From an uncultured Planctomycetales bacterium (lineage in GTDB: Bacteria; Omnitrophota; Gorgyraeia; Zapsychrales; Fredricksoniimonadaceae), in assembly GCA_964483535.1 (NCBI GenBank), contig CAZABZ010000001.1, forward strand, positions 8,594-72,593: DNA of 64,000 bases. Direction: 5' to 3'. The position numbers and the translations under genes are program-made. Below the pieces are notes generated by a model. It was not told the origin of the DNA and made no database searches. It saw nothing but the letters and a program-made list of their open reading frames with translations. Shown piece by piece: positions 23,501 to 35,500 of the stretch. The first letter of the stretch is position 1. The number at the start of each line of letters is the position of its first letter.

Positions 23501-26500
23501 GTCTGTTTCCGCAACGAAACCATTGGCTGTCTCTGCCACATTCAAGGTAAATTGCGCATCGCTTAAGCCAGCCTTGGCCGCGGCAGCTTCGATCGTGCTG
23601 CGAAGCTGGTCAACTTTTTCTGAAGTCATCTGACCTTCTATGGCTTCCACTGTTGCCTTACCGGCAACGATGGCGACCTCCATAGCCACCTTCGCTTCAT
23701 GCGTGGTGGTGACCTTGATGGGGAAGGGTTTCTTGCTCTCATTGGCTATTGTAAAACTGTGCCTGCTAAGCTTGGAAGCTATAATCACCCCAAGCATCAG
23801 CACCGCTGGTACAAACCAGATCGCGCCAAGAGAATAAAAGACAATTATTCCAACAGTGCTCAAGCCAAGAAGGGCCTGTCCAAAGCTCCACGCATAGGCG
23901 AGGACATAGGCCGCAATCCCAACCAGCGTCACTGTCGTAAACCAACTGGAACGAAAGAGCTTCGGCAGTAAATTTGCATCACCGTACTCTTCATCAACGA
24001 TATTGGTAGTATGAATAAACTTATAAACACCGTTGTACATATAACGCGCCTGATTGGCTGAGAGAGATAACGGTTTACTCTGGGCAATGCCCGCCAGTCG
24101 AGCAATCACAGATATATCCATTTTGTCTGCCGCACGCATTTCCCCAATCTTGTTGTAACGATTGAATTCCCCAAACATCTCATTCGCATGGACCATCAGG
24201 CCTTCCTCATAACCCCAACGGGCAAGGAACCGATCCAGCGCCTCACGGAACCAACGGTCAGATGTCACGCGCTTGTTTTCTGGGAGCCCTTCATTTACAT
24301 AATCAACAAAACGATCCAGGCTGGAACGTTCAATGGTTAGATCTGGCCTAACGATCGGATCAAATGAACGAAATTCATTGGCCGTGGAAGCATTTAAGCG
24401 AGCCACTGCCGTACGGATGACCTTTGTTGCACGTGCGATGAGGACTCCCTGAACAAGCCTAACCCCTCCCTTGAACACCACCGGAACCGCGAGTACGACC
24501 AGTGACGCAATCGGAGCAACCCAAAGAAGAGCGATTGCTATCAGCACCGATGCGGCAACACCCGTCCGCGCCCAATTAACACCAAGGGCCTTCTTTTGTG
24601 CCTCTGCATCATTTAAAGCTTTCTCCCAAGTCTTCTTAATGTCCTCATTAGCTTGACCCAAAATGCGCATCCTGAGCGCCTTGATATCATCACGCACGTT
24701 CACGCGTTCAGCTCCCATCAAAATATCGCGCCAAGCGCGGTATTGAGCGTAGAAGAAGAAAATTCCTGTATCAATGATTGCCATCGCAATCTTAATCGGC
24801 ATAGACCATATCGTTCCACGATATTGAATACGATGGTAAATTGCGCTGTAATCAGGGATCTTCTTGTCATAAATGTTATATGCCCATGGCCAAACTTTCA
24901 AAGCGCGACCAAGCCACGGACGAGACAGGTTCGGGATAACGCCTGGATTATAAACTTGAGGATAAATAAGCCAGCCCAAGATCATATTGAAGTAGAAGAT
25001 TGTCACCGCAAGGATCACTGGGTGAAAATTCACAAGGCACCCGATGATGATAACAAACGGAGCGGCCAAAATCATCCCATAGCGATCACCCTTGCCCTTA
25101 ACAACATCAATATATCGCTGGTTCATATACCAACCGCTGCGGTCTGTCGGAGGGAAGCACGGAACGCCCTGTGTTGCCCAGTCATTAATAGCATCCACAT
25201 AGTTCGGATAAAGCGAACCAAAAATCCCCACGAACCCAGGCTTAATGAACATGCGTTTAAGCAAGATCAGGGTCCCCATCGGCCAACCATAAATCTGATT
25301 GTAGAAATGGTGGGCTGACAAACTGATCGAATGCATAAAAAGATAGCTCATCGCAATGGCAATAATTGAAAGCGGCAAGCCATACCAAGGATTGATCTGG
25401 AGAACCATCAAAATAACAAATGTCAAAGTACCGATCATCCCAGGGACCTTGCGCAAGAAGAAATGGCGCATGCCAAGTGAGGTCAATTTGTAATGTACCG
25501 GGATTGGGCTAAGAAGCGATCGCAGCATCTCTTCATGCTGGAAGAGCTCGGTCACGTCAGCGGCATATTTGTATTCTGGTGTCATGTGATTGATACGACG
25601 GTGTGTCTTGTCCTGAATCATTTCCACATATGAACGATATCTAAGCTTCCCACCTTTTGATATAGCGCCCATACCCATCAGTGAATCTTCAGCCGCGGAT
25701 AAAAGCGGCCCATTCCCATCGCGGCCAGAACGCAGATCAACACCCGCAGCCTTAAACGGTGCGCGAACCTGAGCTGTCAAGCCCGAAACACTTGGGAATG
25801 GCTCGCCGAAGAACGAATCAAGTTCCATCTCCCACTTGCCATAAACTTCCAGCGAACCCATACGGTTCATCGCCATCTGAACAGGATGTGTCCAGGCAGA
25901 TTCCGCGAGGCCACCAGATCCGGAAGCCAACGTTGTTAACATATGCTCAGACCACAGCGGGAACAGACTACCAGTGAGTTTCGGATCCGCATCATACTCT
26001 GCAGTCACAAACGGTAAGAATTGCGCTTCTTCAAACGGGATACGGTTAGAGTTATCCTGACCAATCATATGCCTGGCCTGAGTCATTGCGCCTTTCAACT
26101 CCATCCAAGCCGCGTCCTTAACTGGCATGATCAACATATATCCGGATGGCTCAACAACGGAAACATTCGGTAGATATTTTGAATCTTCGGCCATGCCCGC
26201 TTGAGCAGGGCTAAAGCCGGCGGCCCAGGCACCAACCGGCTGATAATTGTATGCGAACTTTTCCGCAGCAAGTTCTTTATAATTCATTTCAGCTTGGATA
26301 AGATAACTATTTTCATCCTCCGTCAAGGCCTGACCATTGGACTGCTTTGTTTTGATTCCTTGATAAATATCATCCCAAAGATAATCTTCAGTATGATGAC
26401 GATAAGCTTGGAATATCTCGGCGTTACGTAAATTAATGTTCTTGATCGTATTTTCACGTACGCTGACCCAAAGCGTAAATGTTTGCATAAGCCCTTCCAA

Positions 26501-29500
26501 ACGCTTGGCTGTATCCGGACTTATTCCTTGCCTCTTTGGAGTTTCCTGTGGGTAAAGCTGGTTTAATATTTCTCTTTTAAGCTTCTTCCCATCAGCAGTA
26601 CTGGCCAGCTTTTGGAAGTCATCATCAGAAAATGTTACAAAACCTTGAGGCAGTAATTCTCTAATATTTTCATCTATCTCATTTGTTTTCAAATGGTTAA
26701 CGTAATTTTGGAATGGGTCTATGCTATTATTTAGCCAATCGACAGCGCCTCTAATGTCTTTAAACCTATCTGTGGATTTGCCTAATTTTTCTAATAACGG
26801 CTTGATTTTCTCTAATGATTTCCTAAATTCACCCTCCTGAAATTCAAAAGAACGTATTACTGCTAAGGCTTTCTGAACCTCTTCGTCAAATTTAATTTGG
26901 GGATTTTGAGGATCAATCTTACACCCTAACTTAACTAAAAACTCCAGATGTCGCCCATTCATAATACCGTTCCCTAATTGTACACTTGCCAAACAGGCGC
27001 GAACTTCATCCTCAATGGCTTGCAGGTTATCCGCCTTAATGAAATCATATCCTCTGCCCTGACGAATAATGCCTGTGATCCGATCCAAAGCTTCATCGCT
27101 TATGCCATATTTATCTTTCCAGAAATTCCGGAATTCAATATTGTGATTGTCATTATTCAAAAATATTGCTGCCGCATGACGAACGGTCTCGTAATTAACC
27201 AATAAGGATACGCCAGCATAAGTTCCATGCAAAAGTATCCGCGGCATATCGCTGAACCGTTCATACGGTGTTGTGCGTCCATTTGCGGTCGCCGGGATAT
27301 CGGTACGGAAAAATTTGTTAAGGAATTGACGTAGATTATGACGAGCTTCATGATTCAATTTTGTCAAATCACTGTGTGTCAGCGTGAAAGCCTTAAACTT
27401 AGCTTGCTGTGCAACGCTCAACATGGTCTTATTCTCCGCTACAAAACGGTCAATTAGCTGACCATAAATCTTCACTGCCACATCGCGACGGCCACCAAAA
27501 GCGTTATACGCAAATAAATTCTTGAGGCGACTGCGTTGCATCAAACGGTATCCCCAGAACGCGGCCGTAATTCCGCCAAGCATAACGGCACCGGGAATTC
27601 CAAGTCCGATATAACCAAGAACTCCGGCCAACGATGTCAACAATGCAAAACCAGCCTGATAACGGATATCTTCTTTCATGCCGCCAAGACTCTCCCCCTT
27701 AAGAATGCTCAACGCGACATATACATCATCATTGCTGCGAACCGTATACGCGCGGATGTCTTCGGCGAAATCTTTAGCAACGCGGTTGACTGAAAGATAA
27801 AACGTTGTCGAAAGGATCATGGCCCCGAACAGGATTGCCAACGCAAAACCCGGAACAGCCACCAACGCCGCACTCCCTACGCCCAAAGCCCCTAACATCA
27901 TCAGAAGTTTTGGCATAGTCAGGATCGCAACCGCGCCAACACTCAAACTCATATAGAACACTGCATTGCGCAGGATGCGACTGAACTCTTTTAAGCCTTC
28001 GATCATCAAGCCCGTTTCCTGCTGAGTCATATGTAACATTTCAGCCTGCCCGCGGATATAATCACGATCAATCAGGATCATTACCCATGTCTTAAAGATT
28101 GAAACACCCGCAGGGACGTTCCAGAAACGGCGATCAAAAAATAGACGGAAATAATTACCATACAAACGAAGTTTGGACATCGGATAGGTAATAAACGGCA
28201 GATTAAGCTTCTTCATCTCTTCGCGCTTCCAGCTCATGAGATATTTGTCCATGATCTGCTGAACAAACGCTTCATAAATCATAAAAATACGATCTACCGC
28301 AGATCCTGGTGGGTTTCCGTCAACGGTAATCCCATCATACTTAGTGGTCCTCCCATCCTTAGTGATCATCCCATACTTAGTGCGCACATCAAAAAGAACC
28401 TCAATGGCATCTGCCAGCTTGCTATAGAATTGATCATCCTTCAGCGTTCCCTCATTAACCTCATTCAGGATTTGATTCGCTTCAGCGACCGCAGCATCTG
28501 TATCAGCAAGAACATTACCAATCACGCCTGGATGTCCCATCTCTTGGAGAATCTGGTGCAAAATAGCCTTTTGCGTAATCGTAGTCTCCGCCAACATCCG
28601 ACGAGCATCGGCAAGTGTTAGCCCCTGAGCACGCAGATCATGACCTCTCAAGAAATACCGATCCAAATCATCCGGCAAGAAAACCGGACGATGCTGAACA
28701 CGTTTGGATTTCACCCCACAATAGAACGTGTCATACATAACCTGAGCGATATAACGGAAGAAGCGGTCATGTCCTCTGACAATCTCATGGAAGCGACTCG
28801 GCTCTGCTTTAACCTTCTCTGCCCAGCGATTGACCAGTGTCGGACGGGTATAGGCTGTTTCCTGTTCAACCATGCGGACCGTCACATATTCTTCCAGCGG
28901 GATCTCAACATTCCCAAATATCGTCTTACGGCCATCGGCTTCGGTCACGACGTGGAACTTGCGGATCTTAATCGTGATAACCCCATTGGGGGCCAATCGA
29001 AACGCATTCTTGCCTCTCATTTCAATATAACGGCGAACAATCTCTTCGTTAATAAGGTCCCTCTTCATACGAATAGTCACCGCCATCTTCGGAGCATCCG
29101 TTGGCCGGCGTAACAAACCGCCAATATAACGTGTCATCTTGGTAAGATATCCATCATAACGGCTCTGGGTATGAATAAGCGGCTGAGCACCAGCGAGCTC
29201 ACCTATAATATTGCGCACCGCATAAAGGCTTGGATGACGAATCTCCCAACGGCTATCAACTGCTGCCACCACATCGTCTGCAGAAATCGGCATATCATCA
29301 TTGGCTTCTGAGCTTTCAACCTTTGTAATGAGAGCATCAATAATGTCAAGAATAACCTCTTTGGTTGGACGTCCATTAACCAGAGGAAAATTCGCATTGT
29401 TCAAAATACCGCCATTAAGGAAGTTCCATGTCCCCGGAAAAGCATTAATGCCACGAACGAAATCCCTCACATTATTAGCGATGACATCTCTGCCCTCACG

Positions 29501-32500
29501 CAAACGAGCCAATACATACGCCTTGTTATTGAAATGATACTTTTCAAATATCGCGGTGTTGATTGGGATAATGGCAGCCTCAACCGACTTACGGATAAGG
29601 TAAGTCGCCAAGCTGTTGGTCTGTATCTTGTTGCGCTTGACCAGCCTATACGCATCCAAAACAACCGCCTTGATTCTAATGTCCGTAACAAGGCCATCCG
29701 CGATCAGACGACGGAAGATATCAGCCACATCTTCTTTATGATTCGGGAAGGCGTGATCCAAAGCCTCTGCAGCAGCAAGCAGTGCATCATTGCCCTGCGC
29801 TCGGAACATAGCCTTAAGTAGATTTAACATGTCCTTCTTACGGGTTGAGATATCCGTGGGAGTTACATTGCGACCGGTCAAAATCTTCACCCGATTCGTG
29901 AACATATCGCGTATCTTTTGGAACTTAAGAATTCTTCGGATGTTAATTGCGCGTAAGAATGCCAACGCCGCCATCAGGAACGCGCCGATTAAAGAATAGA
30001 ACAACGCGCTCTCCTTAATCCCCTGCCAAATGGTCTTCTCTGTCAGAGTACCTATCTGCTTATCGACAGTGGCCTTTGTCGTCGCGACTGTTCCTGTATC
30101 CGGCGTCAATTCATGAGACTCCATTATGCCAACCGGTCGAAGGAGTAGATTCTGTACAATACCGTTATTCAGGGCATCGGAGATGAAGATATTCTTGGGC
30201 ATTCCTTTCGGCAAATACTCCAGACTAAAGGTCTTGCGGATATACTTGCTGTCCTGCAAGATGACCAACTTACCATTGACGTATTCACGATAAGGAATCC
30301 CGGCAAAATTCTGGAAGAGCCGTTTGATTTTGCCGACAATGCCTTGTTCCATATTTAATTCCCAAATATGAACATCGGCTGGATGACCATTAGGTTGGGT
30401 CACGTAGAAAGAAGCAGGCTTTTCTTTGGTTCGGTCATACGCATTGAGAACATTGTTGATATCTTTACCGTTGATCCAAACACTGTACACCGGTTCATTA
30501 TATGGATTGGAATAAACTTTCTTATAATCGGCAAGCACGTTATCATGTTCAAATATTCTATAATCCACGCCACCCCAAGTGAAATTGATTTCATATTTTG
30601 GCAGTTCGGAAAGTAACGGAATGTTCAAGTCTGTGGGACGTAATTTATTGACTAAGCTGCCATTAGCATCTTGCCCTATAAAAATATTCTCTAAATTCGG
30701 TCCGGCTATCGGATTGCCCTTGGCATCAACCTTGGTATACTGGCCGATCTTATCAGAACCATTGAATGCGTACACATAAGACCCATTGCTCATATTGAGC
30801 GCCGCTAAAATAGCTTCCTGCCTGGGAAGGTTGGATGAACGGTCATCGGCGTAAGAACGGAACGCAATAAGTTGTGGATTTTCTAAAGCGCTTTTCAAAT
30901 CCACCTTGCTCTGCCACGACTCTATGGCCTGCAATCTTCCTTTGCCTCCGTTCCTTATTTCCTTAGCAGCTGAGTCAACCTCCATGGATATTTGCCGGCC
31001 CAACACCTTCTCTGCCAGGAGGTCATAATTATCCTTGCTGGCATCGAGCTTGCCGGTGTATTGATCAACCGTCCCGCGCCCACGGAAAACGTCATAACCG
31101 ATAAGCCCTGATAATTTGTCAAAGTTGGTCAAATTGCTATCATCAAAAATATTTTCTGAATTGTCCCTGCCAACAAAAGTAGACAAAGTGTAATCGGCTA
31201 TGCCGTATATGCCGGTATGCCCATTATAGAAATACATAAAGGAAACGTCTCCGGGTAACATCACAATCCGGCCGCCGATTTTATGGCCAAAATCCTCCCG
31301 CGCCAAATCGCCCAGGTTATTGGCAGTTTCGAGAATATCAAACTTGATCGGACGCCCGTTATAATCAAATTCAACATGGCGGTCACTTTTCGTTCTATTG
31401 TTTACGTATAGCTTTTTGATATCAACGCTATTAATATCAGGAATGACATTCCCGTTACCATAAAGCAGTGCGCTCTTATCAAAAGCTTTTCCCATTTCAT
31501 GACCATTACTATCCAAGACAAAAGTTTCTGCCCGGTTACCCAAATCTACTAAGCTAGGAAGGCCTTCAAAATACGCAACGATTTCAATATTGTCCTTGAT
31601 AGTCCTTGTGATATGGTTATCTTTATTATGGGTCTCAACTGTTTTGTGATTGGCCAACATATGATTGATGACTTCAATAATTAAATTACCGGTTTGCGGG
31701 TTAAATGATACCGGTTTGGCGCTCTTGAATGGTTCTATCCTGCCATCCGGATGAACAATTACCGTCTCTGAACTATCCGCTTGGTTATACAAACTAAACG
31801 GACGGCCATCGACAGGATTGATTGCGCCATCATATTTGTTTCTGATGCTGATTAAATATCTCTGGCCATTGACAAAAACCTCGCGGTAGCTTTCTACGGT
31901 CCGGCTACGAGTAAGAACATCTTTTACTTCATACCATTGCAAGTGGCTTAAGAGATTTGTTAACTGGATCCTGATTTTGCCCTTATTGAACTCTTCGAGT
32001 TTAGATACCGTAAACGGAACGGAATATATATGCTGTCCGCGCTGGATTAAAATATCGGTATGGGCCTTGTCAGACAAAAACACATAGTTATGCCCATACC
32101 CATACCCTGTTATGCGCAAAGCTTGGCCGAGAATCTGATTATTATTGTCCACCAAGGTTATCTGCATATCAGTATCGGCTACGGGCAAGCCTTGAGCGGA
32201 AATCACCTGGATAATTTCGCGGTTGCCATTAAGCAATTGTGTCTGGGTACGGGTCAGTTCACCCTTGTTCCAGCTATACTTCCCATAAATAAACTCCGGA
32301 ATACTTTGTCCGTTCCAGACCAGCGATTCCAGCGCCGAAGCTTCCGTCCCTTTATTGTCATACGCGGGCACATAATCGCTTTTAATGCCATCGCTGGAAT
32401 ATGTCCTGCTCCGCATCAACCGGCCAAACGCACTCAAAGTCCTGTCTGCTTCTTCCAGCTTCTGGCCCTTTTCCAATTTAACCTGATGTTCCTGCCATAG

Positions 32501-35500
32501 CCCGGTCACACGATCATAATTGCCAACTGCGGTAATGGCTTTCTTGTGATCTACCAATGTCTCTGCGGTATAGTTCGTGTCGTTGCGGTCCATCTTAACA
32601 TTTGTATTCCACGGACGGCCCCATTTATCAACGCTGTTGATTCCAACCGAGGCTTCCCAGCGGGGATCATGCTTTTCAATAGTCTCTATGCCGCCGTGCG
32701 CCAAGTCGGTCTTTAAGACAGTCATGATCTGGGTCAACGGGTTGTAATCTAAGGTCCGGTAAGTTTCAGTTTCCTGGCCGTTGGTGAATTTAATGGCCAG
32801 AACGGGCGCCTGGCCTGCGAAAAATTCAGGATCATAGAATTTCCTGGTCATATCTTCAAGCGGGCCTGGGATCCCTTTGCCCATATTGACCATTTCTTCA
32901 TATTGACCGCCGATGTCACGTCCTTGATCATCGGTGACGATGATCCTTTGGGTATTGTTGTGGACAACATCTTGATTGACGGTTGGCAAATACCCGCCGA
33001 ACCGGGACAAATCGCGGTCATCGTTGTTCACCGGCGTGGTGTTGATAAACCGCTTATCGCCCGGCTGAGGATTAAGCAAAAGGTTGACCAATTCCTTTGG
33101 TGTTAATTCACTGTTCAAAGGAGCCTGGGGTTGTGTGCCGTTGTTAAACACCGTCGATCCTTGCAGAGGGCCGTAGGGGTTAAGCTGGTTATCGGTCTTA
33201 AAAAGGTTGTTGACCCTTCGGAATGGCTGGCTATCGACGCCGTAGCTATCCGCTTCCACGGAACCGTCCCGCAAATCAATATATATTTTACGAGAAGTCA
33301 TGTCGCGGTTATCAGTGGGGGTCACCTGCTGGTAATCAGTGGTAAAGGTCATGCCCTCCAGGGGCAATTGCCGATCATGGATCATTTGCTTATCAGGGAT
33401 CATTTGCTTGTCTTTGATCAACTGACGAACCCTATCAACATAGTTCTTCAGGTTGGCCTTGGTTGGATTGGCCAACTCCTGTTCATGATTAAAGGTATTA
33501 CCATATACACGGCTATTGGATTCCTTCCTTAATTCATTATATTCGGGGATAGTGATATGCTTAGACTCGATAGTCAATAGCTTCAGGCCTTCGTAGTAAA
33601 CTTCTACTACTTTCTTCCCTGAAGGATTTGTAAATTCGCTGATCATTTCTTTATGCAGAGGGGAAACGATGCTGGCGGCAAACCGGCCCTTTACGGGTGA
33701 GTTCATATCTATCGTGAAATTACTCCAGCCCTGAAGTTCGCCCTTATACCGTTGCAAAGAAGGCTGGCGGCGGTTTTCACTTTCTAATTGCTCCTTCTGA
33801 CTGCTGGTTAAAATTTCCTGGCCGTTGATCTTGACCGCATCGCCCACTGTGTTGTCCGGTCCTAGTTGATTAATGAACCCCGCGCCTTCAGAATATTCCC
33901 CTTCATCCCCGCGCAAGGCCTTGCCGATGTTGTGGGTATTTTCAGATCGATGCTCAACAAATTTCAGATATTCCGCAACTTCTTCCTCACCGGGCAACAA
34001 ATAAACGTGCGTAGTGACCCCATTTTTGGTGACCACCCATTCCTGACCGTTGTTTCGATCGACATAATCAACATAAGTTCCGTCAGCGGGCGCGGATATT
34101 TTTCCTGCTTCTTCATCTTTTTGTTGTTTTTGGTACAAATCAAATATTGCTCTTTGCTCTCTATCGCGTTCTTTTTTATCCGCCGGCTTTATCGTGGTAT
34201 GGCCCTGCTCCTCTTTGGACACTGCATCAGCATTAGGTAAGGCCGGCAAATCGGAACGGCTTGCTACCGGTGAGAGCAGATCATCATTGTGGAGAACGTT
34301 CGTTTCATATTCAATTAACGCGCCCAAGGATTTGTTGCCCCCGGCGGTAAAATAATCTTTGCCACTCCAAACATTCGGATCAGTGGACTCCGGAATGCTT
34401 AGACTGCCGCCTTTGCTTTGCAATGCCATTAAACTAGACTTATATGTTTTAATTACCTCCTGCAAATCCTTGCGTTGCTTCTCGCTTAGCGGAGACGGAG
34501 AAGCATTTAAAATTTGTTTTAAGACGCCCACAAAATCAGATGTTTCCGCCACGGCAACAATGGCCTCGCGTTGCTGGGGTTGAGTCAAAATAGCCAAAAC
34601 TCTATCAGCATCCTTGCCGGCTATTGCCCGTACTTCATCTTCTTTTAAAACAATACCCGGTATTAAACGCACCTGGGTTTGAGAAACTTCTTTCCAAATC
34701 TCTGGATTGTCTGTATCCAAAATCGAATCTGTGCCCAAGTATTTCACGAGACTTTCCTTCTCGATAATCCCCTTCGGGATAAGGCGCAGGGTGCTGTCAA
34801 CCGGGTCTAAACCTTTAAATTCTCCTTTTTCTGTACCAAAAGTATTGACAATGGCACGGGTGACCTTAATTAACTCTTCTGTCTTATCGGCCCCAACCAA
34901 AAACTCCTTGGCGAAGCCCTCCGGCCCCAAGACCCTTAACCAAAGCAGAGTGGTAGAAGACGCGTATCCCGGCTTACCTTCCTTATAATGGAACAACAGT
35001 GCCTCGTGATCCCACAATTTATGAGCGGTATCTATGACCTCCTTGGCGGCCTTAGGGTCACCATATTTATCAAAGAACGCGTACATCAATGGCGCCTCAT
35101 CGCCGTTTTCGATCTGCTTTATCTCTTTAATCAGACATTCGTGGATCGGTTTTAAAGCCCCTTCAAATTGTTTTTGGGCGCTGACCTCTTTCCCATGATT
35201 GTCCTTTTCATTATCCTCAATCTTTTCATTCGGGTAAGCTTTGTGGAAGTTGATCAGGCCAATACCGAACAAAGCTGTCGCTGTGCGGGAACTTGAGGCC
35301 GGCCTTAATTTTTCAACATCATAACTTTCAGGGGCCCCAGCGTATACTTCTCCTGGAATTCTGGTATTGACCTTTAAATTGCTGTAATAGACCGCCAATA
35401 TATTTTTGGCCTTTTGCTTGTCTTTCTCATTGGGGCTGGCAATAGCGCGCAAAACCAAGTTCAATTCATTAACGCTCATACCCCGTGGATTGTAAATTGA

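Noticed and set aside
30050-33700. Canonical RHS toxin
   Set aside because: No PxxxxDPxG core-end motif and no toxin-immunity pair; only loose YD-like character.
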